DNA of 64,000 nt from a virus: the IMG/VR virus record IMGVR_UViG_3300021226_000189; one strand, 5' to 3'. The translations under genes and the position numbers were made by a program. The notes beneath the pieces are model-generated. The model ran no database searches, was not told the DNA's origin, and saw only the letters and a list, made by a program, of their open reading frames with translations. Positions within the stretch are counted from its first letter, which is position 1. Every line of letters begins with the position of its first letter. Below, piece by piece: positions 20,003-29,584 of the stretch.

Positions 20003-21806
20003 CGGATATGATTATTTTCTGATAAATTGATTGAGGGTTGTAAAAATAAGGGAATTTGAAAAACGGTAAATTCGTAGTCTGATTAACAATCGAATCATCG
20101 GCGTTTTCATAGATAGGATTCCAAGATACAAATGATATACCATTGAAAATTTCGTTATTATCATTCACTGTTCTGATTCCAGTGACACCTTCTAAAGATA
20201 AAATTTCTGATGTTAGCTTGGAAATGTCCAATTTTTGACCTAATTTGTTATTAGAATTGTCAAAGAAATTTAGAATGACTTCCCCAACTTTCTTTTTCAA
20301 ATTTTCCGAATTAACTCTAAAATTATTCGTTCTGATAATTTGTAATTTACTAATATCTGAAATATCTTTTGAAGCTTGTGATGTTGTGAACCCGATATCA
20401 AAAGCCATGTAAACAGGATCTCTGGGGACAACTTCATGACTAATGATTTTTCTCTTGGAAGTTTTTTCGACAATCAAGTTTTTCAATGCGTTTGATAAAA
20501 ATGGTGGATAAGCACCATCTTCAGTTAATTTGAATTTCGGAACACAGAACACATTGATGTTATTAAAATCACAAGAATCTGCAAAATTGACTTGATTGAT
20601 AATAACTCTGTTTGTTTTATTGGGATCGACGCATATCTTGTAGAAGTAATCAATATATTCGTTTATAAATTGTTTGTTTCCGACCGTTTTCACAGAAGTT
20701 ACAACATTTGCCATCTCTTTATTCAAAAAGGCGTTATCATAGTCTTCCTCCGTTACCAATTTTAACTGAGAATTGAGATATTTAGGGACATTTTCTTTAA
20801 TCTGGTCAACACTTTCAGCATTCGAAATTGCTGTGGAATTTTCAGTGTTGGTGAATGTTAGATAGGAGTTATTGGATAGATTGATGATGTTTTCCGATAA
20901 AATACTGCTCGTATCATTGTAAATTTGGTTGAATTTTGAACTATTGTAATTAAAAATTTTATTACCGTTGATGGTGTTCTTACTGATTAGTCCTTTAGTA
21001 TTATCACTCAGAATATAATAGATAGCTACCTCATCACCACTTTTCAATTTTCTACCGAAAATATCATTTCCAAATTTTACTTCGTAAAAACCATCATCAT
21101 TGAGACGAACACTGTAATATCTATCACTATCATTCGCCAAAAAGATATTATCCAATTCTCTGTATTGATACCATTTCCCATCATCTACCTCTTTTACATA
21201 CACGCTGATAGTGCCATCAGCGATGAATCTGGTATCGTTATTATCCACTCTATTTACAACGACGATGGGAAGAGTTTCGAATTCAACACCAGTAGCGAAA
21301 TAGGATGGATATTCACCAATATTACCTTGATAAAGTATCAAATTATTTTTAATACTTTCAATATCTTGATCACCCGTGATCGTTTTTTCAAAAGTAAAAT
21401 CATCTACTAATGTGTATTGAATTTTATCAACTAAAAAATAGCTATATTTTCTTAAAGTGTAGCTCCCCACAGGTAAAGATGCTCCTGCAATACAAGAAAC
21501 AGGTACCAGAGATGTTTGTTTTCCAGTGGGTTTATAACCAATTAGATTTACAATTTTGTTAATATTTTCATATAAAGTAGCTTGGGAAAACATACTTTCC
21601 GAAGCAGTCTGATTCAAATAAAACAGAAGAACGTGATAACTATATGCGATAATATCAATGAAAGATGATATGTTACTACCTTCGTAGTTTTGATCTGTAA
21701 ATTTGGAATTTTCATTCAATCTTTGGATGATGAAATCTTTCAAAGAGACAGCATCAAAATTGATGTAAGCGTTTTTCGGTAAATTATATTCCAGAGATTC
21801 TTTCAT
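19995..21806 (-). CDS. gp6: baseplate wedge subunit (T4 gp6-like)
   Basis: FDAVSLK...FTDQNYEGSNIS...YEVKFGNDIFG...LVTEEDY. Confidence 0.9.
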   Translation of the reverse strand: MKESLEYNLPKNAYINFDAVSLKDFIIQRLNENSKFTDQNYEGSNISSFIDIIAYSYHVLLFYLNQTASESMFSQATLYENINKIVNLIGYKPTGKQTSLVPVSCIAGASLPVGSYTLRKYSYFLVDKIQYTLVDDFTFEKTITGDQDIESIKNNLILYQGNIGEYPSYFATGVEFETLPIVVVNRVDNNDTRFIADGTISVYVKEVDDGKWYQYRELDNIFLANDSDRYYSVRLNDDGFYEVKFGNDIFGRKLKSGDEVAIYYILSDNTKGLISKNTINGNKIFNYNSSKFNQIYNDTSSILSENIINLSNNSYLTFTNTENSTAISNAESVDQIKENVPKYLNSQLKLVTEEDYDNAFLNKEMANVVTSVKTVGNKQFINEYIDYFYKICVDPNKTNRVIINQVNFADSCDFNNINVFCVPKFKLTEDGAYPPFLSNALKNLIVEKTSKRKIISHEVVPRDPVYMAFDIGFTTSQASKDISDISKLQIIRTNNFRVNSENLKKKVGEVILNFFDNSNNKLGQKLDISKLTSEILSLEGVTGIRTVNDNNEIFNGISFVSWNPIYENADDSIVNQTTNLPFFKFPYFYNPQSIYQKIIISDE

Positions 21807-21815
21807 TTTAATTAT

Positions 21816-22301
21816 TTAGAGTATCGAATACCCGTTTGTGTTTAATTTCGACTTAATAGACAAGTCAGTAATATTCAAACTGGGGACATTTATCTGTAAA
21901 TAGATTTCATATTCATTATTATCTGGTTCAGCCAAAATTCTTAAATCTTTAATAGATATTCTTGGTTCCATTTTTGGAAGCTTGTTGATAATATCATCTT
22001 TGATTACTTCGGCTGTATATTTGTTGATAGGTTCGAATAAAAAACGCCTCAAATCAATACCGAAAGTAGGATTTAATATTTTTTGCCCTGGTGATGTGGT
22101 GAAACAATTGGCGATACTATTTTTTATCGACTCAATATCGAAAATAGCTTGAACATCTTTCAATTTTTCCTTTCTGTTTAATTGATTATTGAAAAAGTAT
22201 TGAGGTTCTAAATCAAAATTGATATCCTTGTAAAGATAACCGTTTTCAGTGGATTTTTGATCCATTTCACTTTTTTTAAGAGATGTTATCTTTATGCTCA
22301 T
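21816..22301 (-). CDS. gp25: baseplate wedge subunit (T4 gp25-like)
   Basis: SIKNSIANCFTTSPGQKILNPTFG.DL...LFEP...EPRI; start moved to 22301. Confidence 0.9.
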   Translation of the reverse strand: MSIKITSLKKSEMDQKSTENGYLYKDINFDLEPQYFFNNQLNRKEKLKDVQAIFDIESIKNSIANCFTTSPGQKILNPTFGIDLRRFLFEPINKYTAEVIKDDIINKLPKMEPRISIKDLRILAEPDNNEYEIYLQINVPSLNITDLSIKSKLNTNGYSIL

Positions 22302-22306
22302 ACAAT

Positions 22307-22327
22307 TATTTAGGTAAATGTTAAATA
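22307..22327. promoter_or_regulatory. divergent pair of late promoters (TAAATA)
   Basis: tattta 22307-22312 (5 nt from minus start 22301) and TAAATA 22322-22327 (5 nt from ATG 22333). Confidence 0.75.
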
Positions 22328-22332
22328 ATAAC

Positions 22333-24621
22333 ATGCCAAAGATTTCTCAATATGTTCCTGCGTCAACACCATTATCTGGTGGTGAAGTCATTATTCTCAA
22401 TCAAAACGGGACCACATTCAACACCACTCTTAACACGGTTAAAGATTATATGGGTCCAAATGGATCTGATGTTTCAACTTTATCAGCTAATTGGGAAAAT
22501 ACCTCAACAACTTTTAGAGCGAATTCGGCTAATTGGGAAAATACCACGACAACTTTTAGAGCGAATTCGGCTAATTTTGCTAGAATTGACCAACCTAATA
22601 CATTTTCTTGTGATCAAATTTTTTCAAGTGGTAATATTTTTTTAGGAGGTGGATTACCATCAGTGGCAATTAGAAATCGAGGAAATTGTGGAGTCACAAT
22701 TGGTTATGACGTTGGCGTTCCTTCTAATAATACATTTTTAGTTGGTAATTGTGCTGGTAATTTGGCTACAAATGCGTGTCACTCTAATTTTTTAGGTAAT
22801 AATAGTGGTAATTCTGCCACAAACGCTTTCTTTTCTAATTTCTCAGGTTGTAATGCTGGTCTTTCAGCCACAAATGCTAATAACTCTAATTTCTTAGGTC
22901 GAAATGCTGGTCGCCTTGCTACAAATGCGTGTCATTCTAATTTCTCGGGTTGTAATACTGGGTGTAATGCTAGAAATGCTAGCTTTTCCAATTTCTTTGG
23001 TTATAATGCTGGATGTAACGCTACAAACGCCAGCAGTTCTAATTTCTTAGGTTCTAGTTCTGGTCGAAATTCTACAAATGCTCGTAATTCTAATTTTTTA
23101 GGTGCTGGCACTGGTAGAAACGCCATAAATGCTTGTTTTTCCAATTTCATAGGTAATTATTCTGGTTATGGTGCTACAAATGCTTTTTCTTCTAACTTCT
23201 TAGGTGGTAATTCTGGTTATTATGCTAATAACTCATCATATTCAAATTTCTTAGGTTATAACACTGGTAGGAGTGCTACAAATGCATGTCATTCTAATTT
23301 CTTGGGATTGTATTCTGGTTGTGCTGCTGCAAATGCTTCCTTTTCTAACTTCTTAGGTAGATGCTCTGGTCGTTCTGCGACAAATGCTAACAACTCCAAT
23401 TTTTTTGGTAGATACGCTGGTTTTATATCCACAAATGCGTGTCATTCTAATTTCTCAGGTTATAATGCTGGTCGAAGTGCTGCAAATGCTAATAACTCTA
23501 ATTTCTTGGGTTCTAATGCTGGATGTAATGCCACGAGTGCTAATAATTCTAATTTTTTAGGTAATGGTGCTGGTCAAAATTCTACAAATGCTTGTTTTTC
23601 TAATTTCTTAGGTAATAGTGCTGGGCGAAATTCTGCGTGTGCGGTCAATTCCAATTTCTTAGGTAATAATGCTGGTTTTAGTGCTGCAAGTGCTAATAAC
23701 TCTAATTTCTTAGGTAATAATGCTGGTTGCGGTGCTGCAAGTGCTAATAACTCTAATTTCTTAGGTCAAAGAGCTGGTTATAATGCTGCAAATGCTTGTA
23801 GCTCTAATTTCTTAGGTAATAATGCTGGTTGCGGTGCTGTAAGTGCTAATAACTCTAATTTCTTAGGTAATAATGCTGGTTGCGGTGCAACAAATGCTAA
23901 TAATTCCAATTTCTTAGGTAATAATGCTGGTTTTAGTGCAACAAATTCTAATAACTCTAATTTCTTAGGTAATAATGCTGGTTGCGGTGCTGCAAATGCT
24001 TGTAGCTCTAATTTCTTAGGTAATAATGCTGGTTGCGGTGCTGCAAGTGCTAATAATTCCAATTTCTTAGGTAATAATGCTGGATGTAATGCCACGAGTG
24101 CTTGTTTTTCCAATTTCATGGGTAATAATGCTGGATGTAATGCGACAAATGCTCGTTATTCCAATTTCATGGGTCGAAATGCTGGATTAAATGCTACAAA
24201 TGCTTTTTATTCCAATTTCTTTGGAAATAGTGCTGGTGGTAATGCTGCAAGTGCTAATAACTCCAATTTCTTGGGTCGAAATGCTGGATGTAATGCTAAC
24301 GCATCATGTGAATCGATTTTCATCGGAAACAATACAGGTAATAACAGTTGCAATAGTTGCGCTTCTGTCTTTATTGGAAGTTTTGCAAATGAAAATATTT
24401 TCAACTCTCAACGTGCAATTGCAATCGGTGCTTGTTCTAGAGCGAGTAGCTGCGGTGTTGCATTAGGTTGGGGTGCTACGGTCACAACTAATAATTTAGC
24501 CTTTGGAAGTACTAACGCGCCATTACAAGTTGCACCTGGACAAACCCTTTCAACTTCATTGAGTAGCTTATTCACCATCGTGAATGGTGTGTGTTTCAGA
24601 ATCCCATTGTTAGCTCCTTAA
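22333..24621 (+). CDS. fibre/adhesin-like protein with 17-aa NFxG repeats (YadA-head-like beta-roll)
   Basis: 30 in-phase NF(L/S/F/I/M)G 17-mers plus degenerate flanks ending IAIG/VALG; SANW repeats near N-terminus. Confidence 0.75.
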   Translation: MPKISQYVPASTPLSGGEVIILNQNGTTFNTTLNTVKDYMGPNGSDVSTLSANWENTSTTFRANSANWENTTTTFRANSANFARIDQPNTFSCDQIFSSGNIFLGGGLPSVAIRNRGNCGVTIGYDVGVPSNNTFLVGNCAGNLATNACHSNFLGNNSGNSATNAFFSNFSGCNAGLSATNANNSNFLGRNAGRLATNACHSNFSGCNTGCNARNASFSNFFGYNAGCNATNASSSNFLGSSSGRNSTNARNSNFLGAGTGRNAINACFSNFIGNYSGYGATNAFSSNFLGGNSGYYANNSSYSNFLGYNTGRSATNACHSNFLGLYSGCAAANASFSNFLGRCSGRSATNANNSNFFGRYAGFISTNACHSNFSGYNAGRSAANANNSNFLGSNAGCNATSANNSNFLGNGAGQNSTNACFSNFLGNSAGRNSACAVNSNFLGNNAGFSAASANNSNFLGNNAGCGAASANNSNFLGQRAGYNAANACSSNFLGNNAGCGAVSANNSNFLGNNAGCGATNANNSNFLGNNAGFSATNSNNSNFLGNNAGCGAANACSSNFLGNNAGCGAASANNSNFLGNNAGCNATSACFSNFMGNNAGCNATNARYSNFMGRNAGLNATNAFYSNFFGNSAGGNAASANNSNFLGRNAGCNANASCESIFIGNNTGNNSCNSCASVFIGSFANENIFNSQRAIAIGACSRASSCGVALGWGATVTTNNLAFGSTNAPLQVAPGQTLSTSLSSLFTIVNGVCFRIPLLAP
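22482..22575 (+). repeat. 42-bp tandem repeat (SANWENTxTTFRAN)
   Basis: gctaattgggaaaatacc...acttttagagcgaattcg twice plus partial third copy. Confidence 0.85.
22786..24315 (+). repeat. 51-bp coding tandem array, 30 units
   Basis: aat-tt at 22786, 23653, 24061, 24265, all in exact 51-bp phase. Confidence 0.95.
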
Positions 24622-25404
24622 AAAATTGTAATTAATATTTGCAAATTGATCATAGAGAGAACCCAACACTTCTCTACTATCATCTTTTTGCGGTTTCACT
24701 ACTGAGCGGATAGTATGAAGATCTGTAAATCCGTGTTCAGCATCGTTTTCAATGGTGTATTGTTGAACATTGTGGAAATCGTGATGATAAGATTTTTTTC
24801 CTAAAAAGTTATATACTCGATTCATTACGGTTTCAGGTGAACTCGTCAATTCGACATAATCAACAAAATGGAATTTATGTTTGTGTCCTCTGAAAAAAGC
24901 ATCTTGAATACTGTTAAAAGTTCCACCGATCAAGCCGTTTGCAGCCATCCAATTATTGACTCTATCTTCAATCGTGTTCATACCATCACCTCTAAGCATA
25001 GGACTTTCAATATTCTTAATTTCTTTCCGATACAATTTTTCCATTGACGAAATTATCTGAACAATTGGTCTGACGGTTGTGATAATTTTAACTTCTTTTT
25101 CCAAAGCTAGTTCAATCAATTCGATATTACTAGCCCATCCTCTTGATTTATTAAACACGATTGGTCTGTCTGTATCGGAATGATAAGACTGGAATAAATC
25201 TTTAATAATTCTTAATTGTTTTTTAGGAGCTTCAGATGCTTTGATAATAGGATTCGTCTTCCAAAATTGGTGGATACCAACTATCAATTCTGATAAACCG
25301 CTTGTTGGCGTGACATGGAATTCGGGATTTTGTGCTAAAATGTTACAAAAAAGTGTCGAACCAGAACGTGGCATACCATTGATGAAGAATATTTCTTTTT
25401 CCAT
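24610..25404 (-). CDS. PAPS-dependent sulfotransferase
   Basis: INGMPRSGSTL (5'-PSB loop), VRP...IISS, YxEL; start moved to ATG 25404. Confidence 0.85.
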   Translation of the reverse strand: MEKEIFFINGMPRSGSTLFCNILAQNPEFHVTPTSGLSELIVGIHQFWKTNPIIKASEAPKKQLRIIKDLFQSYHSDTDRPIVFNKSRGWASNIELIELALEKEVKIITTVRPIVQIISSMEKLYRKEIKNIESPMLRGDGMNTIEDRVNNWMAANGLIGGTFNSIQDAFFRGHKHKFHFVDYVELTSSPETVMNRVYNFLGKKSYHHDFHNVQQYTIENDAEHGFTDLHTIRSVVKPQKDDSREVLGSLYDQFANINYNFLRS

Positions 25405-25451
25405 GTAAGCATTTAGTATTGCATTTATTTTTTGCAAGTGTAAATACGATC

Positions 25452-26336
25452 ATGCAAGCTTTATTTCATATTACGGGTGGTTTGGGTAAACACGTTGCCG
25501 CAACAAGCGTAATTAATTCTTATAAGTTCAAATTTCCCGACGAAGAGATTATCGTATCTAGTGCTTATCCTGATGTTTTTGAGAAAAATCCAAATGTTAA
25601 AGAATCTTTAGATATCAATAATCTTCAATATTTTTATAAAAATTACATAAACAAAAAAGATGTAAAAATCTTTGCTCAAGAACCATATAGAGAGACCTCG
25701 CACATCTCGAAACAAAAACATCTCATTCAAACGTGGTGTGAAATGGTTGGGACTGAACAATATTTCCAACCATCGTTAAACATTGGTTTCAGGGAACATG
25801 AAATTATCTCCAGACAATTTATTAATGAGAAGCCGATTTTAATATTCCAACCTTTTGGTGGTATTAATTCCAATTTACCTTATAATTGGGCGAGAGATAT
25901 TCACCCTTCGGTTGCACAATCTATTGTTAATATGTTAGCTGACAAATATAATATTCTCTACATTTGCAACCCATATCACCCAGCTCTCAATAATTGCCAC
26001 AGGATCGATAACAGATTATCATTCGGAGAGTTAGTTTCTTTAGTCGGTATTTCTGATAAGAGATTTTTAATTGATTCATCAATCCAACATATCGCTGCTG
26101 CGATAGGAAAACCATCTATCGTGGTTTGGAATGTGACATCACCAGAAATATTTGGTTATAATATGCATGATAATATTACCAGTCCTGTTGATTATAGTGA
26201 TGGTCACAGAAAATCCTATTTATTCGATTATGAAATTGCTGGAATACCAGCAGAATGCCCAGTTTCAAATTATATGAACATGTTTGATATGGATCAAATT
26301 CTCGATTCGATAAAATATCTTTTAGATGATAAATAA
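25452..26336 (+). CDS. GT9-like glycosyltransferase (GT-B fold)
   Basis: GGLGK near N-terminus; IDSSIQHIAAAIGKPSIVVW; TAAATA 25441-25446. Confidence 0.7.
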   Translation: MQALFHITGGLGKHVAATSVINSYKFKFPDEEIIVSSAYPDVFEKNPNVKESLDINNLQYFYKNYINKKDVKIFAQEPYRETSHISKQKHLIQTWCEMVGTEQYFQPSLNIGFREHEIISRQFINEKPILIFQPFGGINSNLPYNWARDIHPSVAQSIVNMLADKYNILYICNPYHPALNNCHRIDNRLSFGELVSLVGISDKRFLIDSSIQHIAAAIGKPSIVVWNVTSPEIFGYNMHDNITSPVDYSDGHRKSYLFDYEIAGIPAECPVSNYMNMFDMDQILDSIKYLLDDK

Positions 26337-26340
26337 TAAT

Positions 26341-26721
26341 ATGTCAATACTAAATGATAATAAATTACCACAATCGGAAGAATTAACTTCTGAACAACTA
26401 GAGCAAAGAAAACAAGCTAGATTGAATTACAAAGTCAATTCTATTTTGAATATTGCTAGAGAAACATACAATAGCTTGGTCAATGTTCAACGAGAAGGTA
26501 TAGATATGCTATGGCATGATGATATCTTAACACCGCAGGAAATTTGTGATGGTCTTGGAGAAAATGCTGTTAAAGTTTTCGAATTTCATGGTGCGTTGAC
26601 ACAATTTGTTCAAACTTTAGCAAACAATGCTCAAATCGAAGTTGATTTGAAATATCCAACAAATTCTTTCACTGAATTGAGTGGTAATATCGTTGTTAGT
26701 GACCAACCATACGAAGTATAA
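26341..26721 (+). CDS. hypothetical late protein
   Basis: TAAATA 26330-26335, ATG 26341. Confidence 0.7.
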   Translation: MSILNDNKLPQSEELTSEQLEQRKQARLNYKVNSILNIARETYNSLVNVQREGIDMLWHDDILTPQEICDGLGENAVKVFEFHGALTQFVQTLANNAQIEVDLKYPTNSFTELSGNIVVSDQPYEV

Positions 26722-26724
26722 TTT

Positions 26725-27780
26725 ATGAAAAAACAACCAACATTAGGGGATATTTACGGTAGCATGTTGAAAAGTGTTAAGGTGGTAAATGAAAGCGCGG
26801 AGGAAAATATTAATAAATCTAAGAAAAAAATTAACACGCCTAAAAATGCGTTTTCTGATAAAAATTCTCCGATTAAAGGTGGACCGACATCTGCTGATGG
26901 ATTCCATAAAGCTCTGAATGATGATTATTGTGGATGTGAAGAAGAAGATGAAGAACGCTTTGATAGAAAATATGATAGAATCAATGAATTGGAAAAACAA
27001 ATAAAAGATCCAAATATTTCAGAGAAAAAGAAAGAAGGTTTGGAGATGGCATTGAAAAAATTAAAATCTGATTTGCAAAGAGAAGAAGCAGAAGAAAATA
27101 TTGTGGAAGAATCTAAAAAAATTGCGAGGGAAAGACTAAATACTTTTATGATGAAAAAATCTACATTTGATAAATTGTTTGAATCTGTGATGGGTGGTAA
27201 CTTCGATCAACAAGAAGACGCTCAAGAAGATGCTGCTTTGGGTCTCAGCGATGCACCTACTGATGACGAATTTGGTGATGACGAATTTGGTGATGACGAA
27301 GGTGAGCAAATCACAGTTACTTTGGATCGTGCAGTTGCACAACAATTATGTGATATTCTTCAAGCTGCTATGGGCGGTGGTGAAGAAGACTTCGGTGATG
27401 AAGGCGACGATCTCGATTTCGAAGTTGGAGATGATGAAATGGAAGATGAAGAAAGTGACTTGTATGACGATGAAGAGGAATACGATGAAGAGGAATACGA
27501 TGAAGACGAAGAAAGCACTTTCCCCACTGACAAAGTTGGTAATGATGGAACCATCGGTGCTAAAAATTCCAAAGACGGTTTACACCGATTGCAAGGTAAA
27601 TCCAACAAAGTAGGTGGTCGTCCACAACCAAAAGGTCAAGGAACCAAAGTAACTGGAACCACTGATAAAGTTGGTAACGATGGTGATTACGGTCATGCTA
27701 TCCATAGCGGAAAACAACCAGACATGGGTAAACAAAATAAAGTGTCCGATTTGCGTCCAGCAGAAGATTACTTCCGCTAA
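26725..27780 (+). CDS. highly acidic late protein (scaffold/core-like)
   Basis: D/E-rich centre, VNES and LFES sites, repeated TDKVGNDG. Confidence 0.6.
   Translation: MKKQPTLGDIYGSMLKSVKVVNESAEENINKSKKKINTPKNAFSDKNSPIKGGPTSADGFHKALNDDYCGCEEEDEERFDRKYDRINELEKQIKDPNISEKKKEGLEMALKKLKSDLQREEAEENIVEESKKIARERLNTFMMKKSTFDKLFESVMGGNFDQQEDAQEDAALGLSDAPTDDEFGDDEFGDDEGEQITVTLDRAVAQQLCDILQAAMGGGEEDFGDEGDDLDFEVGDDEMEDEESDLYDDEEEYDEEEYDEDEESTFPTDKVGNDGTIGAKNSKDGLHRLQGKSNKVGGRPQPKGQGTKVTGTTDKVGNDGDYGHAIHSGKQPDMGKQNKVSDLRPAEDYFR
27137..27142 (+). promoter_or_regulatory. internal late promoter TAAATA
   Basis: 5 nt before in-frame ATG 27148 inside the 26725 ORF. Confidence 0.55.
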
Positions 27781-27809
27781 TAATTTCTGACAGAAAAAAT
27801 AAACTCAAG

Positions 27810-27841
27810 AAGCGGGGATCGTGGTGATTCCCGCTTTTTTT
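27810..27841 (+). terminator. Rho-independent terminator
   Basis: AAGCGGGGATC-gtggt-GATTCCCGCTT stem-loop followed by T tract, 30 nt after stop. Confidence 0.9.
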
Positions 27842-27855
27842 CGTTAAATAGTAAT

Positions 27856-28710
27856 ATGCAGTCCTTTCTTGAATTTTTCAAAAATCATATTTTGAAAGAG
27901 AACACATCTTTAGATGATGTGATATATGTAGTAGCGGATATAAAAACAAAAGAAGTTGTTTGGAGAGGTCCATACTCTAAGAGAAAATACGGTAAAAGAG
28001 TTAGAGATAAAAGAAATATAGAATACGGTGCTGAAAGATATGTTTTCAGAAAAGAAGAAACATCGCCCATTTTAGAATACCGCCATAAAGATTCTTTTGG
28101 TGGTATCAAACAATCATTACATGCGAATAATAAAAAGGGTGGAAATATCACTCGTGATCCTTTGAAGAGAAAAATACCATGGGTTGTAGGACCTTATAAA
28201 AAAATTAGAAATGCTGGAGAAGTCTTAATTGGTGATGATTTAATAAAAGAATTGGGTTCAATGGGTGGTGTGGAATTTGAAGATGGTAAGGAAATTAAAA
28301 GAAAAAATTCTAATCAAATTTTGAAATTGTTTACCAATCTCCATGGTCAACAGTGTGGAAAAATCGTAGAAATTAAAGAATCGGTGCAGGGTGTATTACT
28401 CACTAGAGAACTCGCGGATAAAATCGCTACAAATTTAATCGAGGGTGGTATTACGAGAAAAGGAACGATGAGAATGACTGCTGAGATTTGTGGTGTTCCT
28501 GAATCTGCTGTGAGAAGCGTGAAATCTTATTTATTGAACGGTGTCAAAGGTCATAGCAATCCTGATATGATGATCGACAGAAATGCTGATATGATTATTA
28601 AAGGTTGGGATGATGATAAGGTGGGTGTTGGTAAAGTGTTTAAGGGTGAAATTCCCGATGACATGGCAAAAGGTGAAGAAATATATCGGAAAATGAAAGG
28701 AGGATATTGA
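27856..28710 (+). CDS. multi-module late protein with propeptide-like leader
   Basis: MQSFLEFFKNHILKE; internal ILE, IKE, LIE; TAAATA 27845-27850. Confidence 0.6.
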   Translation: MQSFLEFFKNHILKENTSLDDVIYVVADIKTKEVVWRGPYSKRKYGKRVRDKRNIEYGAERYVFRKEETSPILEYRHKDSFGGIKQSLHANNKKGGNITRDPLKRKIPWVVGPYKKIRNAGEVLIGDDLIKELGSMGGVEFEDGKEIKRKNSNQILKLFTNLHGQQCGKIVEIKESVQGVLLTRELADKIATNLIEGGITRKGTMRMTAEICGVPESAVRSVKSYLLNGVKGHSNPDMMIDRNADMIIKGWDDDKVGVGKVFKGEIPDDMAKGEEIYRKMKGGY

Positions 28711-28712
28711 TT

Positions 28713-29582
28713 ATGGCTGGATGTTCTACAATACCTTTATCATGTTTGAAACCTGAAAACATCTTTGCTGGTGTATATCGTCCTAATTGTGGGGGATTCG
28801 CAGATCCATCAAATTTTCAAGCAGAGAGAGCGATTTTTAATTCTCAGTTTGGTGAACTCATCAATAACTATGGTGTTACGATTGGTTACATGGTCAATAC
28901 ATTCAATCCTGAGAAGATGAATAGTATTTACGGTGAACACACTTTAATGTATTGGTTGGAGCCGAAAGAAATCAAAGCATATATGCAAATGGAGAATGGT
29001 TCACCCATTTATGCTTTGGCTGGCATGGATTCTCCTGATACTTTAACCCTGTATTTACATATTGATGATTTCAAAACAAAATTCTCAACATTGAGTATAT
29101 TTGACGGAGTTCTTCAAGATGAAAACGGGAATCCCATATTAAATGAAAGAGGGGAAGAAATCATAATCGATCAAGAAAACGGACCTTTTGCATGTGAACC
29201 TAAATCGCAGGATAAAATTATCGTTTATCCATTCGGTTGTGATAGACCCAATGGTAGAGGTGCTAAGATATTTGAAGTGACAGAAGTATTAGATGAAGAT
29301 CAATCAGAACTCAATCCAGCGATGGGTCATTATGTGTGGAGATTGAAAGCAGTTCGTAGTGAGCATAATTTTACCACGAATGAACCACGGGAAGCAGTTA
29401 ATCAACAAATTGTTGATAATTCCTATTTCGGTAAGTTATCTTCGGCATTATTCCCTGAATTGTCGAGCGTATTAGATAATAATAAAATTTATACTGATAA
29501 TTCTGACGATATTGTGAGAAATGATATATTCCCACCTTCCACAGGGGGTAGTAATGGCAGTGTTTACGGTAACTATTTTTAA
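28713..29582 (+). CDS. gp14: neck protein (T4 gp14-like)
   Basis: ELINNYG....Y...YGE...IKAYM...G...D.LTL..HIDDF. Confidence 0.7.
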   Translation: MAGCSTIPLSCLKPENIFAGVYRPNCGGFADPSNFQAERAIFNSQFGELINNYGVTIGYMVNTFNPEKMNSIYGEHTLMYWLEPKEIKAYMQMENGSPIYALAGMDSPDTLTLYLHIDDFKTKFSTLSIFDGVLQDENGNPILNERGEEIIIDQENGPFACEPKSQDKIIVYPFGCDRPNGRGAKIFEVTEVLDEDQSELNPAMGHYVWRLKAVRSEHNFTTNEPREAVNQQIVDNSYFGKLSSALFPELSSVLDNNKIYTDNSDDIVRNDIFPPSTGGSNGSVYGNYF

Positions 29583-29584
29583 TT

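Noticed and set aside
23778-24119. Antisense ORF with PQPALLPKKLEL repeats
   Set aside because: Mirror of the 51-bp coding array.
22786-24315. CRISPR-like array
   Set aside because: Whole 51-bp units are coding and similar along their length; no unique spacers and no cas genes.
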